Shown here: one piece after another, positions 55,712-64,000 of the stretch
Position numbering within the stretch: position 1 is the first letter of the stretch
Layout of the letters: the number at the start of each line of letters is the position of its first letter
Assembly: GCA_041690135.1 (NCBI GenBank)
Contig: JAWLHY010000013.1
Location: forward strand, 20,911-84,910
Length of the DNA: 64,000 nt
DNA from: Armatimonadota bacterium
Lineage (GTDB): Bacteria; Armatimonadota; SYMT01
Reading direction: 5' to 3'
Translations under genes and position numbers: made by a program
The notes under the pieces: model-generated
What the model was told of the DNA's origin: nothing
Databases searched by the model: none
Seen by the model: only the letters and a program-made list of their open reading frames with translations

Positions 55712-57247
55712 TCAGCGCTCCGGCTTCATTTGCGGGAAGAGAAGCACGTCGCGGATCGAGTCGGTGTTCGTGAGCACCATCACGAGCCGGTCGATGCCGA
55801 TGCCGAGGCCACCGGTCGGCGGCATGCCGTACTCCAGCGCCCGAAGGAAGTCGTCGTCCATCGGGTGGGCTTCTTCGTCGCCGGTGGCTTTCAGCTCGAG
55901 TTGTTGCTGGAACCGCTCGCGCTGATCGATCGGGTCGTTGATCTCGGAGAAGGCGTTGGCCAACTCCTGGCACGCCACGTAACCTTCGAACCGACGGGTG
56001 AGTTTCGGGTTGTCCTGCCGCTTCTTGGCCAGCGGCGAAGTCTCCACGGGGAAGTCGGTGATGAACGTCGGCTGGATCAGGGTGGGCTGGACGAAGCGCT
56101 CGTGGATCTTCTCCATGATGCCGCCCACGTTGACCTCGTGAGACATGTCGAGGCCGAGCTTCGCTCCTGCGGCGCGCGCGCTCTCAAAGCTTTCAAAAAC
56201 CCCGGGATCCACGCCGGCGTGCTCCCGGATCCCCTCCAGCATCGGCAGGCGCCGCCACGGCGGGGTCAGATCGATCTCCTCCCTATCGCCATGCGCGGGG
56301 ATCACCGGCCGGCCGTAGATTTGCGTGGCCAGACCGGAGATCAGCTGCTCGACCAGGCACTCGATGTCCCCCAGGTCCGCGTACGCCTCGTAGGACTCCA
56401 GCAGGGTGAACTCCGGGTTGTGGCGCGTGCTGATTCCTTCATTGCGGAAGACACGGCCGATCTCGTAGACCTTCTCCATACCGCCGACGATCAGCCGCTT
56501 GAGATAGAGCTCGAGGGAAATGCGGAGCTTGAAATCATAGTCGAGCGCGTTATGGTGCGTCATGAACGGCTTCGCCGCGGCGCCGCCCGCCACGGTTTGG
56601 AGCACCGGTGTCTCCACCTCCACGTAGCCCCGCGCGTCGAAGTATTCCCGGATGCCGCGCAGGATCAGGCTCCGGCGGCGAAAATGCTCGCGGACCTCCG
56701 GGTGTACGGCCAGGTCGGCGTAGCGCTGGCGATAGCGGAACTCTACGTCCGTTACGTCGCCGTAATGGGTGTCTCCCGCCGTTTTGCCGAGCGGCAGCGG
56801 CCGCAGTGCCTTGGTGAGGATCTCGAACGTCTCGACCTCTACCGTTACTTCGCCGGTGCGGGTCCGGAACAGCGTTCCTTCTACGCCCAGGAAGTCGCCC
56901 AGGTCGAGCAGGTCCAGCTGCTCGTAACGCTCCTGTCCGAGGCGGTCCCGCTTGAGGTATAGCTGAACCCGGCCCGACTCATCGCGGAGGTCGATGAAGG
57001 AGGCCTTCCCCATCGGCCGGCGCGAGAAGATGCGTCCGGCTATCCTCACCCGGATCGGCTCCGGCGTGCCGTCTGCTCCGGCTCCCTGAGCGGAAGGCTC
57101 CCAATCCAGGAAGCGTTGAACGGCCTCGGCGGTGGTGGCGGTGCGCTCGTAGCGTTCGACCGCGAAGGGATCCTGTCCCAGTTCGCGCAGGCGCTCCAGC
57201 TTCTCTCGCCGGGCGCGGATCAGTTCATTTTCTTCTTCAAGCGACAT
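55712..57247 (-). CDS. lysS: Lysine-tRNA ligase (class II)
   Basis: RYRQRY.DL, GGA.A.PF.THHN, FRNEG, HNPEF, YGMPPTGG.GIGIDRL. Confidence 0.98.
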   Translation of the reverse strand: MSLEEENELIRARREKLERLRELGQDPFAVERYERTATTAEAVQRFLDWEPSAQGAGADGTPEPIRVRIAGRIFSRRPMGKASFIDLRDESGRVQLYLKRDRLGQERYEQLDLLDLGDFLGVEGTLFRTRTGEVTVEVETFEILTKALRPLPLGKTAGDTHYGDVTDVEFRYRQRYADLAVHPEVREHFRRRSLILRGIREYFDARGYVEVETPVLQTVAGGAAAKPFMTHHNALDYDFKLRISLELYLKRLIVGGMEKVYEIGRVFRNEGISTRHNPEFTLLESYEAYADLGDIECLVEQLISGLATQIYGRPVIPAHGDREEIDLTPPWRRLPMLEGIREHAGVDPGVFESFESARAAGAKLGLDMSHEVNVGGIMEKIHERFVQPTLIQPTFITDFPVETSPLAKKRQDNPKLTRRFEGYVACQELANAFSEINDPIDQRERFQQQLELKATGDEEAHPMDDDFLRALEYGMPPTGGLGIGIDRLVMVLTNTDSIRDVLLFPQMKPER

Positions 57248-57267
57248 GGATAAGGCGGCGATCTAAC

Positions 57268-57296
57268 GCAAAGAGAGCGCCCGTTTGGGGCGCTCT
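57268..57296 (-). terminator. Hairpin with short U-tract between greA and lysS
   Basis: agagcgcc-N7-ggcgctct followed by CTTT on the minus strand. Confidence 0.5.
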
Positions 57297-57342
57297 GCGG
57301 GAATTCGATGCTGCGGCAAAGGGCCGCGAAGTGGGCAGTGCC

Positions 57343-57828
57343 CTACTCCTCGGGAGCGCGGATCGAGAGGATCTCGTAGCGGACCAGTCCGGCGGGAACG
57401 TTGACCTCTACGACGTCTCCGACCTTTTTGTTAAAGAGCGCCTCTCCGATGGGAGACTCGTTCGAGATGCGGTCTTCCTCCGGGTTGGCTTCAAAGGAGC
57501 CCACCATTGTGATTTCCCATTCCTCGTCGAACTCGAGGTCCTTCAGATTCACGATGGACCCGATGCCGACGTGATCGGTGGGAACTTCCGACGGATCAAC
57601 GATGATCGCGGAACCGATGATACTTTTCAGCTCCGTGATGCGCCCCTCGAGGAACGCCTGCTCGGTCTTGGCGTCCTCGTACTCGGGGTTCTCCGCCACA
57701 TCCCCATAGCCCTTGGCCTGGCGGATGTGTTCCGCGACTTCCTGCCGGCGCACGGTCTGCAACTCGCGGAGCTCATCTTCCAGTTTCTTGAGACCCGCGC
57801 TGGTCAGAACAATCTCTCTCTCACTCAA
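57343..57828 (-). CDS. greA: Transcription elongation factor GreA
   Basis: LT..G..KL..EL, GD..EN.EY..AK..Q, IS..SPIG.AL. Confidence 0.97.
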   Translation of the reverse strand: MSEREIVLTSAGLKKLEDELRELQTVRRQEVAEHIRQAKGYGDVAENPEYEDAKTEQAFLEGRITELKSIIGSAIIVDPSEVPTDHVGIGSIVNLKDLEFDEEWEITMVGSFEANPEEDRISNESPIGEALFNKKVGDVVEVNVPAGLVRYEILSIRAPEE

Positions 57829-58021
57829 GTTAATCGCGCTCCCCGTCCGGTCAGGGCGGTAATCCCGTCACCGCACTTTTTCACCACAACTTGCCCGGCA
57901 GCGTTCCACGAGTTTGCCGGGAAACCACGCTCGGCGTTCTTCGTGGAGTTACCCCACAGTTCACCGGTCGGAAACAGCGCCGGGTCAGGGCATTCGCTGA
58001 CCCAGGTGGCAAATTGGCCTA

Positions 58022-58050
58022 ATTATATCCTCGGGTCTTAGGGGGGTCAA
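58022..58050 (-). promoter_or_regulatory. Sigma70 promoter of greA-lysS
   Basis: TTGACC-N17-TATAAT. Confidence 0.8.
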
Positions 58051-58052
58051 CT

Positions 58053-59174
58053 TTATGGCAAGCTTAATGCGTGCTCCCGGATCAGGTCTTCCCGCACCTT
58101 CACTCCCAGTCCGGGACCGTCCGGAACGCGTACCACGGTTCCGTCGATTTCCAGACCCTCGACCCACATGTCGGCCAGAAACTGCACGCCATTTAGTTCG
58201 GGTGGCAGCAGGGTATCCACGGAAGCGAAGAAATGGATGCTGGCGGTGAACCCGATGCCGCTTTCGGTGAGTCCGCTGCCCAGGAGCCCCAATCCGTGCG
58301 AATCCGCGACGGCGGCGGATTTCAGGCATTCGCGCAGTCCGCCACTCTTACAGACCTTCAGAACCAGCATTTCGGCGGCCCGGAGTTCCGCGACGCGGGC
58401 CACATCGAAGCTGCTGAAACAGCCTTCATCGATGGCGATCGGTAATGGCGAGCGCTCGCGTGCGATTCGAAGACCCATCCAGTCGACGCTCCGGACGGGT
58501 TGTTCGAGGCAGAAGACCCGGGGGATCTGTCGGATCGATTCGAGGAACGGTACCAGTCGCGCCGGGCTGTATGCCTGATTGGCATCCAGCCAGAGGGTGG
58601 CATCGGGCCGGGCGGCGGAAATCGCGGCGACGCGGTCCCGGTCAGTATCCGGGTCCCCCGCGACCTTGATCTTAAAGCAACTGCAATCCGCGTAAGCGGC
58701 GGCGCTCGCCGCCATCTCTTCAGGAGCGGCGATGCTTAACGCGTAAGTGAGAGGTACCCGGTCCCGGATCTTTCCACCCAGCAAGGCGTGGATCGGCTGG
58801 CCGGTGATTTGCCCCTGGAGATCGTGGAGGGCGATGTCGATGGCGGCTTTGGCGAATGGCTGGCCGTTGCTGATGGCGGGAGTCAGCGTGTCGTACATCG
58901 CCCGGTGGATGGCGTTGATCTCGAAGGGCGAGCGGCCGATCAGCAGCGGTCCCAGGTAGTTCCGCACCGCGTAGGTGATCGACTCGAAGGTCTCGTAGCT
59001 CCAGGTCGGAAGTGCCCGGGCCTCCCCCCACCCTACGTGCCCCTGGTCCGTTTCGATCCGCACGTAAACATGGCGCCCGTCTTCTCCCGCCGTGCCGACC
59101 TGGCCGCGGCCGATGACGAACGACTGCCGGAAGGGCACCCGGCATGGAATGGCTTCGACACGGGAGATTTTCAT
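58053..59174 (-). CDS. Mandelate racemase / muconate lactonizing enzyme family (enolase superfamily)
   Basis: G.GE, AAIDIAL.D, KIK, DAN, EQP, DE, K..K.GG, GPGLG. Confidence 0.92.
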   Translation of the reverse strand: MKISRVEAIPCRVPFRQSFVIGRGQVGTAGEDGRHVYVRIETDQGHVGWGEARALPTWSYETFESITYAVRNYLGPLLIGRSPFEINAIHRAMYDTLTPAISNGQPFAKAAIDIALHDLQGQITGQPIHALLGGKIRDRVPLTYALSIAAPEEMAASAAAYADCSCFKIKVAGDPDTDRDRVAAISAARPDATLWLDANQAYSPARLVPFLESIRQIPRVFCLEQPVRSVDWMGLRIARERSPLPIAIDEGCFSSFDVARVAELRAAEMLVLKVCKSGGLRECLKSAAVADSHGLGLLGSGLTESGIGFTASIHFFASVDTLLPPELNGVQFLADMWVEGLEIDGTVVRVPDGPGLGVKVREDLIREHALSLP

Positions 59175-59550
59175 GGAGTGTGTTCCGCTGGCAAGTAAGT
59201 TTGGGGACGGGTGCCCTGAAGTTGGATCGGTGCCTGCCCAGGCCCATTGATGCACGGCGGAGTGGGTCACCGTCAGCCCTCGGCCCCCTGCCCCCGCCAC
59301 CCGAAGGGTGCCCGGCTGGGGGAATAATCTCACACAGAACTGGTCCGGTCGTCAGGACGCGAGCGAGTGCTTCAGAACGTCCAGTCCATGGGTGTGTCGC
59401 CAACTTGCGATAAATGGATTGTTGAGCAGGGTCGGGTAGCCCCAGAGTTTCTAACTCAGCGCCACACCAAAGGGGAGGACCGAATTGAGGTGTTGCCGAA
59501 GGAGCGAGAAGAGATTTCGCTGCGGAGATCCGCACGGCAAAGGTTTTTGA

Positions 59551-61506
59551 ATGAGCTCCTATCCCCAAAGTTCGAAGCACCTCCCTCTTACGCTGTTCGC
59601 CGGGCTCCTCGCCGCGGGGGCGTGTGCCGCCCAAACGGCGGCCCCTTCCAGCCTCGAACGTATTACCTACAACCATCCCGGCCTGGTTGTGGACCTCGGG
59701 GTGGGCCTGTGGGCGTGGCCGCTGCCGATGGACTACGACAGCGATGGTGACCTCGACCTGGTGGTGAGCTGCCCGGACAAGCCCTACAACGGCGCCTACT
59801 TCTTTGAGAACACTTCCGGAAAGGTCAAGTATCCTGTTTTCAAGGCGGGCAAGCGGATCAGCAAAGGGCTGACCAACGCCTCGGTTTCCTATGTCGACGG
59901 GAAAGTGCGGGTGTTGTCGCCCGGAGCGGAGCACCCGGAGTTCCTCCGCAGTGGGTTCGAACAGTCGTTCAAGCTGGGGTTACCGGCGAATATACACCCC
60001 AACCGGGTGCGCGCCAACCAGTGGAAGTACGTCGATTTTGACGGGAACGGCGCGCTGGACCTGACGGTTGGAGTGGGCGATTGGACGGAGTACGGGTGGG
60101 ACGACGCCTACGACAGGAACGGCAAGTGGACCAACGGACCGCTCCATGGCTACGTTTACTGGCTGCGCAATACCGGCACCTCGGAAAAGCCGAAGTACGA
60201 GAAGCCGGAAAAGGTCCAGGCAAATGGACAGCCCGTGGACGTCTTCGGGATGCCTTCCCCCAACTTCGCGGATTTTGACGGAGATGGCGACCTCGATCTG
60301 CTCTGCGGTGAGTTCCTCGACGGCTTTACCTACTTCGAGAACACCGGTTCGCGCACCCAGCCCCAGTACGCCGCCGGACGCCGCCTCCAGTATCGCGGCA
60401 AACCGCTGACGATGGACCTGGAGATGATCGTCCCCGTGGCCATCGATTGGGACCAGGATGGCGATCTGGACCTGGTGGTGGGCGATGAAGACGGCCGGGT
60501 AGCCCTGGTGGAGAACACCGGTAAACTGGCGGATCGGGTCCCGCAGTTCTTGCCGCCGCGCTACTTCCGGCAGGAAGCCGCCGAGGTGAAATGCGGCGCG
60601 CTAGCCACTCCGGTCGGGATCGATTGGGATGGGGACGGCGACCAGGATCTCCTTTCGGGTAATACCGCCGGGTACATCGAGTTCTACGAGAACTTGAGCA
60701 AAGCGGGCGTGGAACAGCCGCGGTGGGCGGGTCCGCGCCGGCTAAAGGCCGGCGGCAAGACGCTGCGGGTCCAGGCCGGCTACAACGGTTCGATCCAGGG
60801 CCCCTGCGAAGCGAAGTGGGGCTACACCACCCAGACGGCCGCCGACTGGGACCACGACGGTCTGCCGGACCTGCTCGTTAATTCGATCTGGGGCAAGGTC
60901 GAGTGGTACCGGAATATCGGCACCCGCACCCATCCCCGGTTGGCGGCGGCGCAGCCGATTGAGGTGGAGTGGTCCGGAACCTCGCCCAAGCCCGCGTGGA
61001 ACTGGTGGGACCCGCAGGGGAAGGCCCTCGTCACCCAGTGGCGCACCACCCCCGTGGCCGTGGACTTCAACCAGGACGGCCTGACGGACCTGGTGATGCT
61101 GGATCACGAAGGATACCTGTCCTTCTTCGAGCGGCGCCGGAACGCTAATCGCTTGGTCCTCCTTCCGTCGCAGCGCTCCTTCGTCGACGAGCAGGGCAAA
61201 CCCCTCCAGCTCAATGCCGGCCGGGCCGGGAAAAGCGGGCGCCGGAAGCTGTGCGTAACGGACTGGAATGGGGACGGGCGGCTGGACGTGCTGATGAACT
61301 CCGAGAACGCGGCACTGCTCCAGCAGGTAGGCTTCCGAAACGGGAAGTGGATCCTGAAGGACCTCGGCAATCTCGACCCCCGGCCGGTATCCGGTCATAC
61401 CACCAGCCCGACCGTGGTGGATTGGAACAACGACACCGTCCCCGACCTGCTGGTCGGCGCGGAAGACGGCAGGATGTATTACAAACGCAACCCCCGTTCG
61501 CAGTAA
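59551..61506 (+). CDS. Secreted FG-GAP/VCBS repeat protein
   Basis: Signal peptide; many D[FWY]DGDGDLDL repeats. Confidence 0.92.
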   Translation: MSSYPQSSKHLPLTLFAGLLAAGACAAQTAAPSSLERITYNHPGLVVDLGVGLWAWPLPMDYDSDGDLDLVVSCPDKPYNGAYFFENTSGKVKYPVFKAGKRISKGLTNASVSYVDGKVRVLSPGAEHPEFLRSGFEQSFKLGLPANIHPNRVRANQWKYVDFDGNGALDLTVGVGDWTEYGWDDAYDRNGKWTNGPLHGYVYWLRNTGTSEKPKYEKPEKVQANGQPVDVFGMPSPNFADFDGDGDLDLLCGEFLDGFTYFENTGSRTQPQYAAGRRLQYRGKPLTMDLEMIVPVAIDWDQDGDLDLVVGDEDGRVALVENTGKLADRVPQFLPPRYFRQEAAEVKCGALATPVGIDWDGDGDQDLLSGNTAGYIEFYENLSKAGVEQPRWAGPRRLKAGGKTLRVQAGYNGSIQGPCEAKWGYTTQTAADWDHDGLPDLLVNSIWGKVEWYRNIGTRTHPRLAAAQPIEVEWSGTSPKPAWNWWDPQGKALVTQWRTTPVAVDFNQDGLTDLVMLDHEGYLSFFERRRNANRLVLLPSQRSFVDEQGKPLQLNAGRAGKSGRRKLCVTDWNGDGRLDVLMNSENAALLQQVGFRNGKWILKDLGNLDPRPVSGHTTSPTVVDWNNDTVPDLLVGAEDGRMYYKRNPRSQ

Positions 61507-61572
61507 TCAGGAGTTGGCCGCCGGTTTACCAGGCATGCAACAGTGGTTTGGCCCTGGTATACTGGGTCAGCA

Positions 61573-62745
61573 ATGACCACGCTCCCCGTTTCTTCCAGGT
61601 TATTCCGGTGCGTGCGGACCTCGCTGGCGCTCGCACTCGTCTTTGGTGCAGGCGGCGTGCGGGCTCAGGAGACGTCCGCCCCGGCCCCCGAGCCGTATGT
61701 GGCGGTACGACTCGATGAGGAAGGCGCCCTCGCGGAAGCGGATCTTAACGCCGTGCTGGAGGAGGTGCGTACCGTAGATGGCGGACGCGCGGATGACGTC
61801 GTGGTGATGGTGCACGGTTTCAACACCACTTTCGGCGACGGGCGCAGCCAGTATCGCCAGATGGCTCGAACGTTCCGCCGCCACTCCGGGTCCAAGCCCG
61901 GCCGGCTGGTGATGATCGGTGTGCACTGGCGTTCTCATCCGGGTCCCGTGACCCGGTGGCTGCCCCAGATGCTGGCGTATCGCCTGGCGACAGTGCTGGG
62001 ATTCCGGAATGCCTTCCACAACCCCTACCTGGAAAAAGTCCGCGCCGCCCGGCGGGCGGGAAGACGGGGTGTTCGTGACCTGCTGCTGGGCCTGCAGGCC
62101 CAGTTTCCGCCCGAACGGGTGCATGTGCTGGCGCACAGCCTGGGAAGCGAGGTGCTGCTGCGCGCCCTGTCGCCTACCCCGCCGGGAAAGGCAACCGACC
62201 CTCCCCACCCGCAGCTTCGCTTGGGAGTTGTGAGCCTGGCGGGAGCGGACCTGGATCAAGACGTGTTCGCACATCCGGAGCGAAGTACGGCTCACTACGC
62301 GCTGCCGCAGGCAAGTGTCTGGTGGATCACCTGCCCTCGGGAGAAGACCGCCGATGGCGTGCTGGAGCTGCGACGTAGCGCCGGACGCCGAGACGCGGTG
62401 GGCAACATCGGGTTATCTCTCCAACGCGGGGACTTCGACGCATTGATGCGCCGGCGCGGCCTGGTGATCGACGACGAAACCATCCCCATCGGTCACGACA
62501 TCCTCGACTACTACAGCACGCGCCGGCTGCGCAAGCTCGCCGAAGCGGTGGTCTATCTCCGCAAGCCGGAACAGGCCTCCCCGCATCTTCTGGCGGAGCT
62601 GGATCGGGTCATCCTTTCCCCGCAGGAAGCGCTGAAACTTCCCCTGGAGGCGGGCTCTTCCGTCTCTTCCCGAATGTACGTCCGCTGGCGCCTTTACCCC
62701 CAGGCGGCCGTATACGGCCCCGTCCGCATCACTTCCCCCCTTTGA
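61573..62745 (+). CDS. Secreted alpha/beta hydrolase (DUF900-like), paralog 1
   Basis: VHGF oxyanion motif, AHSLG nucleophile elbow, AGAD, GH..DYY. Confidence 0.82.
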   Translation: MTTLPVSSRLFRCVRTSLALALVFGAGGVRAQETSAPAPEPYVAVRLDEEGALAEADLNAVLEEVRTVDGGRADDVVVMVHGFNTTFGDGRSQYRQMARTFRRHSGSKPGRLVMIGVHWRSHPGPVTRWLPQMLAYRLATVLGFRNAFHNPYLEKVRAARRAGRRGVRDLLLGLQAQFPPERVHVLAHSLGSEVLLRALSPTPPGKATDPPHPQLRLGVVSLAGADLDQDVFAHPERSTAHYALPQASVWWITCPREKTADGVLELRRSAGRRDAVGNIGLSLQRGDFDALMRRRGLVIDDETIPIGHDILDYYSTRRLRKLAEAVVYLRKPEQASPHLLAELDRVILSPQEALKLPLEAGSSVSSRMYVRWRLYPQAAVYGPVRITSPL

Positions 62746-62798
62746 TCGAGATTCCCAGTTCCGTGCACGCCGGGGCTGTGAAAAACACGACAGGGGGG

Positions 62799-62814
62799 AG
62801 TGATTGATGTCACA
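62799..62814. promoter_or_regulatory. Possible CRP/FNR-family binding site
   Basis: AGTGA-N6-TCACA, 9/10 match to TGTGA-N6-TCACA. Confidence 0.35.
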
Positions 62815-62897
62815 CGGGTAACCTGCTGCCTAAGGTCACACTAGAGACAGCGAGCCACCACCAACGAGCTCGTCCAAACGTGACCTAACGGCACCCA

Positions 62898-63932
62898 ATG
62901 AAACCAAGAAGCAGATCAATCACCTGGGGGACCCGGCTGGCGGCAGCGCTCGCGCTGACCTTCGGTACGGCGTTTCCGGCCGCCGCCGGCCAGGCGCAAA
63001 CCGGGAGTGGACCAATATACCACCCGGTGGTCCTGGAAAAGGACGGACAGGCCTCCCCCGAGACTCTCGACCGGATGGCGGTTTTCCTGAAGAAAACGAC
63101 CGATCCGGCAACCCAGATCGTCGTCCTGATCCACGGCTTCGACACCAGCCTCAAGCAGGGCGAGAAAGATTACCAGCAGGTGTCTCACCGCCTCCACAAC
63201 GAAGCCCGCTCGAAGGGTCTCCACACTGCGGTGGTGGGGATCCACTGGCACTCCGACGCCGGCGACCAGGCTGCTTGGGTTTCCCAGGCCGTGGCTCACC
63301 GGCTGACTTCCCTGCTGGGGATGAAAAAGGCGGTGAAGAACCCGTACCTGGAGAAATGGAAGCTGGCCCGGCGGGTAGGACGCACCGGCGCGCGTGCGGT
63401 GTTCTTCCGCCTGCAGGACGAGATGCCCGGCAGGGCGGTCCACGTATTTGCGCACAGCCTGGGCAGCGAGATCGTGGTTTCCGCACTGGCGCCGGAGGCT
63501 TCGCGCCGGCGCGGAGAGCGAACGGCGGCCCTCGTACAGCCCGGACGGGAGCTGCGGCTCGACGTGGTTACCCTGGCCGGCGCCGACCTGGACCACGACG
63601 TGTTCTCCCGCAATCCGGTGGTGCTGGAGCGGGCACGCCAGTGGTGGGTGACGGTACCGGCCCAGGATCGGGCCGACGCCGTGCTGGAGCTCCGCCGAGG
63701 CGCGGGGCGCCCGGATGCCCTGGGCAACCGGGGTCTCAGCCTGGATGCCCAGGAGTTAGAGCAACTGCAGGCCCGCAAGACGCTGGTCCTCGACCGGGGC
63801 AACGTTCCGGTGGGCCATGCCTTCGTGGACTACTTCAGTGAATCCCGGCTCCAGGCGATTGCCGGGAACCTGGCGAGCGGAGCCGAGAAGGTGCGCACCA
63901 TCGCCCAGGGGACACCCGTTCCTTCCAGCTAG
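62898..63932 (+). CDS. Secreted alpha/beta hydrolase (DUF900-like), paralog 2
   Basis: IHGF, AHSLG, AGAD, GH..DYF; shares NPYLEK and VLELRR blocks with the upstream gene. Confidence 0.82.
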   Translation: MKPRSRSITWGTRLAAALALTFGTAFPAAAGQAQTGSGPIYHPVVLEKDGQASPETLDRMAVFLKKTTDPATQIVVLIHGFDTSLKQGEKDYQQVSHRLHNEARSKGLHTAVVGIHWHSDAGDQAAWVSQAVAHRLTSLLGMKKAVKNPYLEKWKLARRVGRTGARAVFFRLQDEMPGRAVHVFAHSLGSEIVVSALAPEASRRRGERTAALVQPGRELRLDVVTLAGADLDHDVFSRNPVVLERARQWWVTVPAQDRADAVLELRRGAGRPDALGNRGLSLDAQELEQLQARKTLVLDRGNVPVGHAFVDYFSESRLQAIAGNLASGAEKVRTIAQGTPVPSS

Positions 63933-63958
63933 GCGGCCCCTGCGCGGTTGGTTTACAG

Positions 63959-63990
<32 letters not shown>

Positions 63991-64000
63991 CGCGCCGGGC

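Overview
64-kb window from a high-GC diderm bacterium, most plausibly Armatimonadota. This is an inference from the mix of PEP-CTERM proteins, Tat-exported Gfo/Idh/MocA enzymes, DUF1080, a copper-amine-oxidase-N stalk protein and a ffh-rpsP-khpA-ylqD-rimM-trmD operon. The right third is largely housekeeping: ffh operon, birA, apgM, greA-lysS, and a GT2/flippase-like/ArnT lipid-modification operon. The left and middle are accessory: a translationally coupled TerY-P triad (vWA, PP2C, YegI-like kinase with TM and TPR tail) followed by two tandem exported beta-helix paralogs, two PEP-CTERM proteins, a UDG-like gene, a membrane-anchored Mrr-type nuclease and tRNA-Leu(CAA). Most striking: (i) three tandem HEAT paralogs with conserved ends around an unrelated, lower-GC transmembrane hairpin; (ii) a second dispersed family with a conserved GxRLDxARxxDAAWR motif plus variable TM hairpins; (iii) many intergenic 7-9-bp tandem repeats and two degenerate 66-67-bp arrays, one family of which sits in frame inside an MFS gene; (iv) head-to-head genes sharing a CATG, and a GNAT half-gene in frame behind a UGA. 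No cas genes, integrase, transposase or reverse transcriptase were recognised. All family calls come from motifs read by eye, not from database searches.
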